A DNA stretch of 64,000 bases. It comes from Candidatus Obscuribacterales bacterium (lineage in GTDB: Bacteria; Cyanobacteriota; Vampirovibrionia; Obscuribacterales; Obscuribacteraceae). The notes under the pieces were generated by a model. It ran no database searches. It was not told the DNA's origin and saw nothing but the letters and a program-made list of their open reading frames with translations. A program made the translations under genes and the position numbers. The stretch is taken from NCBI GenBank assembly GCA_965228855.1, contig CBDDIJ010000005.1:1376001-1440000 (forward strand), given 5' to 3'. Of this stretch, positions 29,834-40,603 are shown one piece after another (the stretch's first letter is position 1; each line of letters opens with the position of its first letter).

Positions 29834-31624
29834 ATGGTTGACCAGACATTCGAGAATCGATACCAGAATCTCACGCCGATAGGCGAGGGCGGCATGGGTC
29901 AGGTCTTTCGAGCGTTCGACACGCTGCTGCAGAAACACGTCGCCATCAAGGTCTTGACGAACACCCTTTCGGACGGGGCCAAAATTCGGTTTCAAACAGA
30001 AGCGCGTGTAACAGCAAGGCTCAATCATCCGAATATCATCGGTATTTTGAACTTCGGTCTCACGGTCGACCATTCCCCGTACATGGTCATGGAATGGGCG
30101 GATGGTGAAGACCTCTCCGAATTTTTACGCCAGCACCATTCGCTCCATGTAAGAGATGCCCTGCAAGTCTTTTTCCAGATAGGAGCAGCTCTCACACATG
30201 CCCACGGAAAAGGTGTAATCCATCGAGATCTGAAACCGGCGAACGTTCTACTTTTCGAAGACGAAAACGACTTATCCATCAAACTTTTGGATTTTGGCAT
30301 CGCCAAGGTCTTCCAAGACGAACATCAGTCACTGACTGCTTCAGGAACTCTGCTTGGTAGTCCTTTGTACATGTCTCCGGAGCAATGCGCCGGCGAGAAG
30401 GCAGACGCGCGCACAGATATCTATTCGTTTGGATGCCTGATGTATGCGTGCCTAGCCGGCCGACCGCCTCTTCGTGGCGCAACAGCGATAGAAACGATGT
30501 CACTTCATCGCAGTACCAGACCTGAACCTCTTGCGGAAATCGCCCCGGACATTCCCGGTTGGCTCGACGAAATCATAATGAAGTGTCTGGAGAAGAAACC
30601 GGAAGACAGGTATCAGAGCATCGCGAGCCTGGTGACAGCTCTCAACGAAGCTTACGAAGCTTCTGAGATCAGAACGGCCGAACTCGACAAGGCCGCTACA
30701 ACCGCTAGTTCCGAAGCAGCGCAGGAAGTAAAAGGAACTCAATCAAAGTTGCCTGTCGGCATCTATATGACACTACTTGCAGTGTCAATCGTTTTCATGA
30801 CATGGATGTGCGCGGTAGGCTTCAAGAAGCCGGCCCTTTTGGAAACATCGGACGACTTGAAAAAGCCATTCGTCACGTTTACGTCCCGTGAGCAGAAAGA
30901 AATTAGAGCTCTAAACGAGCCAGGCATCGAAGTGCAAGGCAACACCGCCCGCGGTACCAACCTGGTCGACGAACAACTTACGATGTGCTCAAATTTTCCA
31001 GGAATTCACTCGTTCAATTTTCTCGAAAGCCCTGACATTACCGGCAGTGGACTGAAGTTTCTCGTGCAGCTCAAGCCGAAGTCAATCAAATTGAGAGCAG
31101 GAATCAAGGATCGATACTTCAAGTATTTCTCGCAAATGCCGGAACTTGAATACTTAAAACTGGACAATGTCGAGTCACTCGACGGCAGCGGTTTTGCAAA
31201 CTTGCGAAACCTGGAACGCCTGGAATACCTTAGTTTGGAACGATGCAAACTTACAAACGTCGCTTTTAGAAATATCGCGCTTGTAAGACCTGTCAAAATT
31301 TTGGAGCTAAAGGGAACCTTCGGATACGACGCTAACGGTCTAGCGTATCTGAGAGACCACCCAATTAAGGTGCTGGATCTCACCGAAGTAGAGGACCTTA
31401 ACGATGAGGCAGTCTCCGGATTGGAGAGAACCCATATATCGACTCTTTTGCTCAACAGATGCCATAACGTGACAGACAAATCCCTTGATGTTGTCAAAAC
31501 TATTGAAGGTCTTCAGACTTTCGCTTACACGGGGACAGGCATAACTCGACGTGGTGCAGCGAAATTGGCTCGCTCTCTCGGTTTCGCAAATGATGTCATC
31601 AAAGAAACGATGGCGAAAATTTAA
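29834..31624 (+). CDS. Ser/Thr protein kinase with TM and LRRs; N-terminus possibly frameshifted
   Basis: GEGGMG, VAIK, HRDLKPAN, DFG, GSPLYMSPEQ; TM; LRRs. Start is uncertain (see findings). Confidence 0.88.
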   Translation: MVDQTFENRYQNLTPIGEGGMGQVFRAFDTLLQKHVAIKVLTNTLSDGAKIRFQTEARVTARLNHPNIIGILNFGLTVDHSPYMVMEWADGEDLSEFLRQHHSLHVRDALQVFFQIGAALTHAHGKGVIHRDLKPANVLLFEDENDLSIKLLDFGIAKVFQDEHQSLTASGTLLGSPLYMSPEQCAGEKADARTDIYSFGCLMYACLAGRPPLRGATAIETMSLHRSTRPEPLAEIAPDIPGWLDEIIMKCLEKKPEDRYQSIASLVTALNEAYEASEIRTAELDKAATTASSEAAQEVKGTQSKLPVGIYMTLLAVSIVFMTWMCAVGFKKPALLETSDDLKKPFVTFTSREQKEIRALNEPGIEVQGNTARGTNLVDEQLTMCSNFPGIHSFNFLESPDITGSGLKFLVQLKPKSIKLRAGIKDRYFKYFSQMPELEYLKLDNVESLDGSGFANLRNLERLEYLSLERCKLTNVAFRNIALVRPVKILELKGTFGYDANGLAYLRDHPIKVLDLTEVEDLNDEAVSGLERTHISTLLLNRCHNVTDKSLDVVKTIEGLQTFAYTGTGITRRGAAKLARSLGFANDVIKETMAKI

Positions 31625-31629
31625 GCGGT

Positions 31630-34479
31630 CTATTTGTTTGCGCTGACCAGCTTTTTAATTTTCTCGCTCATTCGCTCGAGGTCCGCTATGCGAGCCTCCT
31701 TTCGTCCGAATCGTTCGAGAGTGTAAATTTCAATAAAGTCTGAGACCAGCGGCTCCAATTCCGGATGAACATACTTGCCTTCTTTGCGATGGGTTTCAAA
31801 GCCTTCCAGAACCCGGGCACGCAAATCAAGCGGAGTATCGGCCGGCAGTCGAACGATCTTGTACTTTCTTAGATCCCGTACCACTTGGAAGAACAGCAGA
31901 GTAGATTTCTTCGCGTCATCCGGAATAGCTACGTATTCTTTCTTACGCTGACGCTGCAGCAAAATCACGATAATAGCGGCAGATCCAAGCAAGATGAACG
32001 TAATCGCAATCGGCTCCCAGCGAACCTTTGTAAGGCGCTTGACCAAATCAAATTCGTCATCCTCTTCAATCGGAGGCTTGTTCTCCTGCTTGCGCTTTTC
32101 GGCTTGCAGCTGCTTGGACATTTGACTGCCGGTGATACCATGACCGAGTCCAGCACCGGTGCTCCCCTGGAATGCTCCACCAAACGGATTTGCCAAACCC
32201 ATGTCCGCAAGTTTAGAAAATATGTTCTCGTCCTTTTGTGTCTCAGGTAATTTACCGCCTGGAACCGGATCGAAAGCTATCCATGACCAGTTCGGCATGT
32301 ATATTTCAGCCCAGGCGTGACCATCCTTGACTTTGATTTCGTAAAAACCAGTTCGCTGATTGTACTTTCCAGGCAAATATCCACCAACCAGACGTGCCGG
32401 AATTCCCGCGGCCCGAGCCATTATTACGAAACTGGAAGCATAGTCGACACAATTGCCCTCCTTGGTTTTAAACAAGAAGTTGTCCACGAAATCGCCGCCC
32501 TTGACTCGATAAATATTTTTGCTCTTGTACTTGAATGCCTTCTTGTTATGCAGATATTCGGAAATTCTTTGGGCTTTGACAAACCAATTTCCCTCACCGG
32601 CAATCTTTTTTGCTTTTGATTTTACGCGTGCAGGTAACTCATCCGGCAATTGCAAATACTTGTCCATAAGCGCTTGCTCTGCGGCTTGCATTTCAATCAC
32701 AGGCGGCAGTAATAATGACGTTTTAAAATCGGAATGCGTCTTAATGGGCTGAGAAGTTAATGCTCCAAGGCGATACACAGGAACATAAGACAGCGCGAAA
32801 TAAGTCATGCCTGGCTCGATCTTGACGTCCGGTTTTAACGTTCCATCCGATTGAACAGCTACAGTATTAAATGGACCTTCTATTTGTTGAGGTGACCACA
32901 TTGCCGGCAGCGTGCCGCTTGTGAGAGGCCGATCGACGGTGATGTGCTGCGGCACTTCCACGATGGGGCAATTTCGTGGGACGCCGAATACATTGGCGTT
33001 TCCAACCGGAAATTGGTTTTCCAACAAAGAGAACTCGACTTCCTTAAGCTGTTCTGCACGCGACCAGCTCGTACCATCATACGTGTCGAAACTCACCCTG
33101 CGCAAATATCCCGGTCGAGGGGTCGTCCAACGAAGAACGACATCTTCCGTAGCTTCACTCTGAGGCAAAACGTTTTGCGGCTCATCATTTTTAGAGCTCA
33201 CTCCCTCCTTGTACGGCGCCGCTTGACCGGAGGTACCGCCGCCGACGCCCCGCGGAGCCTTGCCTGCAGTGCGCTTATCCAGGGGATTTACAGATTGACT
33301 GGGGTTTCCCTGACCGCCAGGTCCGCCGCTGCCACCTTTGCCGACGGTTCCGCCCACGCCACCACTGGCAGTACCGCCAGAGCCACGCTTGGTCGGTTTA
33401 GAACCGGTACCTGCACCGGCTGAATATCCCCTTGAACGGTCAGATTGAGACACCGCGACATAAGGTCTGATTCCATTTTCTAAAATCCAGTTGATCAACG
33501 ATGAAGATCTCGGCATGAAGAAAAACATCAGCATAGTCAAAAGCGGAAGACTGAGCACAGGAATCAAAATAATTGATGTAGCAGCACGAGCCTGTCTGCG
33601 ACTGGGTTTAGGCAGCGAGGCGGGACGCCCCTCTCCTATCGGTCGAGAGGGACCGACGTCACGACTGCGCGAAACACCGTCGAAATATAAGATGAGAGAC
33701 ACACTGGTTATGTAGCCCAAGATGCAGATGAAAAACAGCAGATCGTTAGCCGCTCCGGACGTGCAAACCAACAAGCCAAGCCCGATTAGAGCGTTGATGC
33801 TGAAGTCAGCTCTCGTTCGCAAATCAAAGCAGTGCAGCGCAAGTAGCCCTGCCAGAACCTGCGTGAAGGTCGATAAGAAATTGATCTGACCGAGATTCAA
33901 CTGCGCAAAGCAAACATTGACCATGTAGGCGAGCAACAGGAAAGCGCCGATCGTTGGGAAAATTCCGACCCAACCTGGTCTTTTGGCTCTATAGATGTAA
34001 GACAGCAAAGTGCCTATCATCGCAAGCCACATGAGCAGGAAGCCTGCTAGCGGAGGCATCTCCACGTACACGGTCGCACCTGTGATCAGTAAGATGACCA
34101 TCATTACAGTAGCCAACCGCAGCGGAATTGAATCCTCTGGACGCACCGGAGCAGAATTTTTCGCTGACATTCCACGCCGGTCCTCAGGTTTCATTTTGGC
34201 GGCGGCCTTTGCGTTCTCAGCAGCCTTGGTGTCGGCCTGCGTCGGTCTCAAACCACTAGCTGGAGCGCGATTGGGCGTCGGTGGCACCTTCGCGATCACG
34301 GTTTTCTCATAGGCCGGATCCACGTCATCACTAGCGTAGGGCTGCGGTGACTGAGCGGGCGAACTACCAGTAACATCGCCAAATACAGGACTCTCCGTTC
34401 CTGAGAGCGAATCGCCGGACGAAGACGCAGGCACACCGCCTGGCTTCTTAATCTCTTCTCTGTCCTGATTGTCCGTCAT
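31630..34479 (-). CDS. TgpA-like membrane transglutaminase-domain protein
   Basis: N-terminal TM bundle; catalytic triad in GNCVDYASS, HAWAEIY and AFDP. Confidence 0.88.
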   Translation of the reverse strand: MTDNQDREEIKKPGGVPASSSGDSLSGTESPVFGDVTGSSPAQSPQPYASDDVDPAYEKTVIAKVPPTPNRAPASGLRPTQADTKAAENAKAAAKMKPEDRRGMSAKNSAPVRPEDSIPLRLATVMMVILLITGATVYVEMPPLAGFLLMWLAMIGTLLSYIYRAKRPGWVGIFPTIGAFLLLAYMVNVCFAQLNLGQINFLSTFTQVLAGLLALHCFDLRTRADFSINALIGLGLLVCTSGAANDLLFFICILGYITSVSLILYFDGVSRSRDVGPSRPIGEGRPASLPKPSRRQARAATSIILIPVLSLPLLTMLMFFFMPRSSSLINWILENGIRPYVAVSQSDRSRGYSAGAGTGSKPTKRGSGGTASGGVGGTVGKGGSGGPGGQGNPSQSVNPLDKRTAGKAPRGVGGGTSGQAAPYKEGVSSKNDEPQNVLPQSEATEDVVLRWTTPRPGYLRRVSFDTYDGTSWSRAEQLKEVEFSLLENQFPVGNANVFGVPRNCPIVEVPQHITVDRPLTSGTLPAMWSPQQIEGPFNTVAVQSDGTLKPDVKIEPGMTYFALSYVPVYRLGALTSQPIKTHSDFKTSLLLPPVIEMQAAEQALMDKYLQLPDELPARVKSKAKKIAGEGNWFVKAQRISEYLHNKKAFKYKSKNIYRVKGGDFVDNFLFKTKEGNCVDYASSFVIMARAAGIPARLVGGYLPGKYNQRTGFYEIKVKDGHAWAEIYMPNWSWIAFDPVPGGKLPETQKDENIFSKLADMGLANPFGGAFQGSTGAGLGHGITGSQMSKQLQAEKRKQENKPPIEEDDEFDLVKRLTKVRWEPIAITFILLGSAAIIVILLQRQRKKEYVAIPDDAKKSTLLFFQVVRDLRKYKIVRLPADTPLDLRARVLEGFETHRKEGKYVHPELEPLVSDFIEIYTLERFGRKEARIADLERMSEKIKKLVSANK

Positions 34480-35900
34480 ACGCGAGCGATATCTTCAAAC
34501 CTTTCAACAGTAGCGAGAATACGACCGAGGCTGGGTACGGATTTGACACCCCGTCGTTCCGAGAAACCGGCGGATGCGGGCAGCCCTTCTTTTCGTTGCC
34601 ACGATTCCGCTTTCTCGGCAGCGGAAGATGGCTCTTTGAAGGCGCGGGACATAACCCACATCTCGACTGTTTCCTTCACAAGAGGTGCGATTTCTGATGT
34701 CTCTTGAGCAGGGCGAATAGCCAGCAGAGCCAGTTTGTTGTCCCCGCCAAAGTCAGGTATTGAAGCTTCGAAGGTCGGTGCAACCTGCAAGGCCTCTACT
34801 CGAGCCAGAATTTGAGCCCATCTAGCAATGCCGGGCGGCGTGGGAGGAACATCCTTCAAACAAAGCGGCAATAGATCTACTCGCTCATGCGGGTCAGGAA
34901 TCACGTACAACTCAGGCGCACCGCCCATTCTGAAGCCCAGGTTCAACAAAGAATTTGCAAGTGAAACAGCCAGCTCGAATTGCTCTTCATTCTGCCAGGG
35001 CGACAAGAGGTCGATGAGGACGTCGTATCCCGGTAAGCCCTCTGATTCGAACTCCCGCACAAGTAACTTTCCGCTCTTGGCGGAAGATGCCCAGTGAATC
35101 ATCCTGGGGCTGTCGCCGGTTACAAACTCGCGAAGAGCGCGAACTGACGACGACGGCATCGCCGAGGTGGAGCGGGTTGCGGAGAACATCAGGGCGCTGG
35201 TTCCGGCTGCGCGTAAGCGCCAGAGGAAGTTCCCCTCGACGCCCAGCGTCCTTGCATAGACAGTCACTACCGGGTTGGACACATTCACTGTTTCGGTAAT
35301 GTCGTAGCTCTTCGACCACCACGCCAATCCAAACGGAAAGCATGAATAGGTTTCCAGCTCTTCGAGCCGATAGACTCCCCGCTCGAGAGGTGGGCTCTGA
35401 GCCACAACCCAAGCTTCATTCACGACGGTGTCGACAGTGATCGGACGAAGAACACTTTCTTCTTCACGCATGCCAACCAGTTTCGTGCGCACAACAATCC
35501 ACTTGATAGGAAGATATTTCGCCCATTTGGACTTACCGCTTTTCCGCATTAGCCGCACGCGAACTTTCAAGCGGTCGCCGGCAACAGCGTCGGGAGGAAT
35601 CGAGCAAGACGTGTCCAGATCAACCAACTGACTGAGCGGCAAAAGCACTCCTAACACGACCGCCGCGACACCCCCTGAGGCAATGAGGTACAGCCAGTCT
35701 TTGCCAGTTTCGATGGCCATGAAGTAAAGCAAGGCGACGACGCCAACCAGATACCAGAAGCGCGGCTCTAGAATCAGCGTGTAACCGCCGCCAGAAGGAA
35801 CTCGCGTTCCCTTCAGGTTAAACTCCGTTGCCAGTTTAGGCGGCGGAAATTTAGACTGGTACGGGGACTTCTTCGAGGACTCTCTCAATAAGCTCAGCAT
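34476..35900 (-). CDS. DUF58 domain protein
   Basis: LREFVTGDSPRMIHWASSAKSGKLLVREF; FPFGL; lies between moxR and the transglutaminase gene. Confidence 0.85.
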   Translation of the reverse strand: MLSLLRESSKKSPYQSKFPPPKLATEFNLKGTRVPSGGGYTLILEPRFWYLVGVVALLYFMAIETGKDWLYLIASGGVAAVVLGVLLPLSQLVDLDTSCSIPPDAVAGDRLKVRVRLMRKSGKSKWAKYLPIKWIVVRTKLVGMREEESVLRPITVDTVVNEAWVVAQSPPLERGVYRLEELETYSCFPFGLAWWSKSYDITETVNVSNPVVTVYARTLGVEGNFLWRLRAAGTSALMFSATRSTSAMPSSSVRALREFVTGDSPRMIHWASSAKSGKLLVREFESEGLPGYDVLIDLLSPWQNEEQFELAVSLANSLLNLGFRMGGAPELYVIPDPHERVDLLPLCLKDVPPTPPGIARWAQILARVEALQVAPTFEASIPDFGGDNKLALLAIRPAQETSEIAPLVKETVEMWVMSRAFKEPSSAAEKAESWQRKEGLPASAGFSERRGVKSVPSLGRILATVERFEDIARV

Positions 35901-36891
35901 GGCTAACGCGGCTCTCTCTCACTTTTGGAATTACACGATGACCTAAAACATATGGAGCCAGAAGTTTGACGTCGTCAGGCTTGACGAAGTCTCGTCCATC
36001 TACGAAGGCTGATGCTTGTGCAGCACGCATAAGCAACTGACTTCCTCGTGGGCTCACGCCCAGGACTATGCCGGGATGCTTGCGCGTCGCATTGACGATC
36101 GAAACAATGTAATTTTTGATCGAAGGATCGACGAACACCGCTTTGACAGCCTGTCTCGCCTCAAGCACTTCGCTCTCGGTCAAAACCGCGTCAACTTCAA
36201 ACGCTCGATCCTCCAGCGTCTTATCGAGGATCTCGACCTCCTGGTGCGGCTTCGGATAGCCGAGCGACAGCGAAATCATGAAGCGGTCGAGCTGCGCCTC
36301 CGGCAAGGGAAACGTACCGTGATATTCAATCGGGTTCTCGGTCGCGATCACGAAGAACAATTCGGGCAACTTTCGCGTGGCACCATCAGTGGTGACCTGG
36401 TGCTCTTCCATAGCCTCTAGAAGTGCGGATTGAGTACGGGGCGTAGCGCGGTTGATTTCGTCCGCGAGAAGAATATTAGTGAAAATCGGCCCGGGTACGA
36501 ATTTGAAAACACCCTCTTTCTGCTCGAATACGCTGACTCCGCAAACGTCGGACGGCAGAAGGTCAGGAGTACACTGAATCCGCTTGAACTTGGCGTGAAC
36601 AGACATCGCCAGAGACTTGGCGAGAAGGGTTTTACCAACGCCGGGAACATCCTCGATCAAGGCATGACCACCGGAGAGTAAGCAAATTACCGACAGCCGA
36701 GCCGCCTGCATTTGACCGATTAGAACGCTGTTGACATTGTCCAGTAGCCGTTTAGCTTTTGGCGCAAGGGCTTCGATCCCGGTGGTCTCGGGGAAGTCAT
36801 CCCCTTCGAGTCGCGAAGACTCCTCTTCGCCTTCCTCGTCACCAACGTCGGATTCGTAGATTTCGTCCCGTTCGTCTTCGTCAGTTCTCAC
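35851..36891 (-). CDS. MoxR-family AAA+ ATPase
   Basis: EDVPGVGKT, RIQCTPDLLPSD, LADEINRATPRTQSALLEAM, LPEAQLDRF. Confidence 0.93.
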   Translation of the reverse strand: MRTDEDERDEIYESDVGDEEGEEESSRLEGDDFPETTGIEALAPKAKRLLDNVNSVLIGQMQAARLSVICLLSGGHALIEDVPGVGKTLLAKSLAMSVHAKFKRIQCTPDLLPSDVCGVSVFEQKEGVFKFVPGPIFTNILLADEINRATPRTQSALLEAMEEHQVTTDGATRKLPELFFVIATENPIEYHGTFPLPEAQLDRFMISLSLGYPKPHQEVEILDKTLEDRAFEVDAVLTESEVLEARQAVKAVFVDPSIKNYIVSIVNATRKHPGIVLGVSPRGSQLLMRAAQASAFVDGRDFVKPDDVKLLAPYVLGHRVIPKVRESRVSHAELIERVLEEVPVPV

Positions 36892-37116
36892 AAATGCCTC
36901 CAGACTTCTGATTCAAAATGATTGCGATATTTATCAGCCCGTCCCACTCGATCACACGGGCGATTACACGATGCCGTGCCCCCACAGGTCATGTACCCGG
37001 AAACACGCGTGTTAAACTAAATAGATCTTTCTATCGGCCGCTTCACAACCGGCTCCGACAGTTCGTCACCGGCGTTCGCCGGTGCTCATCATCCCTCCAG
37101 ATTTCAGGTAATCGAC

Positions 37117-38049
37117 ATGCTGACTTTCCAGCAAGCAATTCAGACATTGAATCAGTTTTGGGACAAACGTGGCTGCATCGTCATGCAAGCTTATGACACC
37201 GAGAAAGGCGCCTCAACGATGAACCCTGGGACTTTTCTGAGGGTCATCGGTCCCGAGCCCTGGAACATGGCAGTTACAGACCCATGCCGTCGCCCGACGG
37301 ACGGTCGATATGGCGAAAACCCAAACCGCTTGCAGCACTACTTCCAATACCAGGTTATTCTGAAGCCCTCTCCTGATGATGTCCAAGACATCTACCTCGA
37401 CAGCCTGCGGGCACTGGGCGTCAATCCGCTCGAACACGATGTTCGTTTCGTTGAAGATAACTGGGCATCACCAACACTCGATGCCTGGGGCGTCGGCTGG
37501 GAAGTGTGGCTGGATGGGCTGGAAATCACTCAATTCACATACTTCCAGCAAGCAGGCGGTCTGGAAGTGAAACCAGTTGCAGCTGAAATTACATACGGCT
37601 TGGAACGATTGTGCATGTACTTGCAAAACGTTGATAACGTCTACGATTTGCAATGGAACGACACCGTAAAATATGGTGAGCTTTATCTGCAAAACGAGAT
37701 CGAACAATCAAAATACAATTTCGAAGAAAGCGATCCCGCCTACATCACCGGATTGTTCGAGCAAGCGCAAGAACAAGCACAAAAGCTCATCGACAAAAAA
37801 CTCGTCATGCCTGCTTACGAGCAAGTACTCAAATGCTCCCACAACTTCAACTTGATGGATGCACGTGGGATTCTTGGCAGAGATGAGCGCATGCAGAACA
37901 TCCTAAAGATCAGGAAGCTGGCACTGCAAGTCGCCCTTGCCTACCTGCATCAGCGCATCGAAATGCGATTCCCGCTGCTTCCGGAAGATCAACGCGACGA
38001 GCAAGTCCGAATTTACAGCGAACGCTTTTTGAATACTAGCAAGAAATAG
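37117..38049 (+). CDS. glyQ: Glycine-tRNA ligase alpha subunit
   Basis: [44 protein letters not shown]. Confidence 0.96.
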   Translation: MLTFQQAIQTLNQFWDKRGCIVMQAYDTEKGASTMNPGTFLRVIGPEPWNMAVTDPCRRPTDGRYGENPNRLQHYFQYQVILKPSPDDVQDIYLDSLRALGVNPLEHDVRFVEDNWASPTLDAWGVGWEVWLDGLEITQFTYFQQAGGLEVKPVAAEITYGLERLCMYLQNVDNVYDLQWNDTVKYGELYLQNEIEQSKYNFEESDPAYITGLFEQAQEQAQKLIDKKLVMPAYEQVLKCSHNFNLMDARGILGRDERMQNILKIRKLALQVALAYLHQRIEMRFPLLPEDQRDEQVRIYSERFLNTSKK

Positions 38050-38545
38050 ACTGACGCCACCATTGGCGATACCAGATATCGACTGGAGTCCGAAATCGCA
38101 CAGAAACCGTCGAGTTCGGTTTCAACCATATTGCGACATCAAGTCTAAAAATGTGTTTCAATCATATGCAATGAGCTGCCGACTGGAAACAGAGCGGTGA
38201 TTCCAGCTGGTGGCGTGCGTCACCATAACCCCTTGCTGCCTGCCTTGTATCTCCACAACAACTGAAAGACCTTGCAAGATTCGAACAAAACTTTCGGCGC
38301 AAGGTTGATCGCCGAGAAAGCGCATCAGCCATGCCTTTTATATGCATTAGACACACGGGTTGCTACGCGGAAATTTTAACCAAAGCACCTTTTTCGTAGC
38401 TAGAACGGTTTGAAAGCTCCTGCCCTAGTGGTTTTTCATAAAAATTACTGGGGTAAAACCGATTTGTTTTTAGATCAGAATGGGTACATAATTCTTACAG
38501 GATTTTATCCTTCGTTCTCTCTCCAGAAACCCGAGGTATCCTCAA

Positions 38546-40429
38546 TTGGCAGACCACAGCTTGCTTTCCGCAGGAAAGCTGCTTTTGTTACCAGCACTGA
38601 GCCTTGCTTTGCTCGGAGGATTCCAGATCGAGAATTCCGAGGCCGCCATGATGGGCGGGGCTTCGCAGCGCTTCGCAAAGGCATATCGGACGCCGAAAGC
38701 GCACACGTCAAAAGCTTCGAAGGTTAACCGACCGATTACTAAATTGAGCCGCTCCCCGAAAAGCCTATCGACTGCCGCAGCTCAGAAAAGAGGAGCGGGC
38801 GCATCAAAGAGTAAGAGTAATCACTCGAAAAAGGTAGCGCACGCAGCGCCCAAGCACGTGGCTCCCAGAGTGTTACAACCTCAGAATTACATCGATAAAC
38901 TCAACAAGCTTACTCTCAAGCCCGGCGTTGTATACAAGAATTACAAGGGCGGTTTGAACCTTAATATCGTTGAAGTAGACATGCGAAGGGCCGACGTCAA
39001 AGTGCGTCCATTTCTTGCAAGTGAAACATTCGACAAATTGAAAAATGTCGAACAACATGCAAAAGAAAGCGGAGCGCTGGTGGCCGTAAACGCAAATTAT
39101 TTCAAGAAAGACGGCACCCCCCTGGGCACTATAAAGGTCGATGACGAGTGGGTTTCCGGCTCCCTCTTCAACAGAGTGGCGATGGGAATCACCAAAGATA
39201 ATGATCTGAAATTCGCACGCGTTAACTTGCACGGAATTCTAGAGACATCAAATCCAAACGTGCCGCGCCTCTGGGTGAATAACATGAATCAACCGCGTCG
39301 CTCAGGCGTTCGGCTGATCATGTATACGCGACGTTGGGGCAACAGCGTCTCCCTGCCGTACGAAGGCAAGCTCGTTGCAGTAAGCAGCAAAGGCGAAGTG
39401 CTGGACACCAATGCCCGCTCGCTTGCCATCCCTTACGGCGGCTATGTTCTCACAGACAAAAAAGAGTCCGAACTCGCTCATCTGCGCAGGGGAGACTTCG
39501 TAAACCTCGACTGGGAAACGGATCCTAAAGGCTGGAACCAGGTCACGCATGCTGTAAGCGGCGGTCCGACCCTTATCAAAGGCGGACAACTCTTTGTAGG
39601 TTTGAAGGATGAAAAATTCAAAGGTAATTGGACAAGCGCAAAAATAACGAGACGAACCGCATGTGGTGTCACTGCTGACCGCAGACTCATTCTAATTACA
39701 GTTGAAGGACCTCATACGCTCTGGGATCTTGCAAAAACCATGCAACAACTCGGCTGCGTCGAAGCAATGAATCTGGACGGCGGCGGTTCCACAACCATGG
39801 TAGTCGCGGGCAACACCGTCACGGGTAACGACACTGCCGAACAGCGCAAAGTCGCCGCCACCATCTGCGTGATGGAGCCGGAAGTCGCTCAGAAACATGA
39901 GCGCCGACCTGATCTCAGCTATCAGCCCAGCACCAATCTCACAGACTTCAACATCGGAACAGATTTTCTCTCACAAATTCCGATGATGAATGGATCAATT
40001 CAGGCCCGCCGCCAACAAAGAGAATTGGCGGAATTGACGCTCGCGGGAGACGGTCAGGGCAAATTCCTCGGTCCGGATCAGGGATTGCTACCCGCCGGCT
40101 CGATTGACGAGAACGGCGTGGTTGCGAAAATCGATGCGAGCGATTCAGTTATCGATATCGACAACGACCTGGTGAGCGAGCCAAGTGAGAATCACAAAAT
40201 ATCTAAGGCGGCAAAGCACAAACCCGAAGTCGAGCAGACCAAGTTAAATTCCAAACGCCACAAAAAAGCTGTTCCGGTAAGAGACCTGGAAGCGCTGGAA
40301 AAGGCTGAAGTGCCACAAGTGAAAGCAAGCGCAGCGGCTTCCACCATTCATCAAAAAGTTGCACCGGCTTCGAACTCCAACTGGTCGGACAAACTGTTCA
40401 AGCCATTCAAATTCGGCAGAAGAAGCTAA
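38546..40429 (+). CDS. Exported phosphodiester glycosidase (NAGPA-like) family protein
   Basis: Signal peptide, AVNANYF, GGPTLIK, RTACG, AMNLDGGGSTTM. Confidence 0.8.
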   Translation: MADHSLLSAGKLLLLPALSLALLGGFQIENSEAAMMGGASQRFAKAYRTPKAHTSKASKVNRPITKLSRSPKSLSTAAAQKRGAGASKSKSNHSKKVAHAAPKHVAPRVLQPQNYIDKLNKLTLKPGVVYKNYKGGLNLNIVEVDMRRADVKVRPFLASETFDKLKNVEQHAKESGALVAVNANYFKKDGTPLGTIKVDDEWVSGSLFNRVAMGITKDNDLKFARVNLHGILETSNPNVPRLWVNNMNQPRRSGVRLIMYTRRWGNSVSLPYEGKLVAVSSKGEVLDTNARSLAIPYGGYVLTDKKESELAHLRRGDFVNLDWETDPKGWNQVTHAVSGGPTLIKGGQLFVGLKDEKFKGNWTSAKITRRTACGVTADRRLILITVEGPHTLWDLAKTMQQLGCVEAMNLDGGGSTTMVVAGNTVTGNDTAEQRKVAATICVMEPEVAQKHERRPDLSYQPSTNLTDFNIGTDFLSQIPMMNGSIQARRQQRELAELTLAGDGQGKFLGPDQGLLPAGSIDENGVVAKIDASDSVIDIDNDLVSEPSENHKISKAAKHKPEVEQTKLNSKRHKKAVPVRDLEALEKAEVPQVKASAAASTIHQKVAPASNSNWSDKLFKPFKFGRRS

Positions 40430-40603
40430 GTCCTTAAGCTGAAGAAGAATTAGGTGTTCGGTCGATAGTTCTCTGCTAATCTTGTGCAGATCTGACCGGA
40501 CGGCATCTTAACGGATCGCTCGGTCGATTTTGGAATCAGAGAGAACTGCAAGAGCAGTGCGACGAAAGTCGTTAGCGCAGGCGGTTTCACGCAGGAGCGA
40601 CAG

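Noticed and set aside
31630..36891. moxR-DUF58-transglutaminase operon as a novel system
   Set aside because: It is a widespread, previously noted gene trio.
36900..37116. T-box upstream of glyQ
   Set aside because: No GGTGGNACC T-box or terminator is present, only isolated hairpins such as CACCGGC-GTTC-GCCGGTG at 37067-37084.
38050..38545. Hidden gene or ncRNA in the 500-bp gap after glyQ
   Set aside because: Only short unconvincing ORFs and small hairpins, with no RNA family motif recognised. A glyQ unlinked from glyS is common in cyanobacteria.
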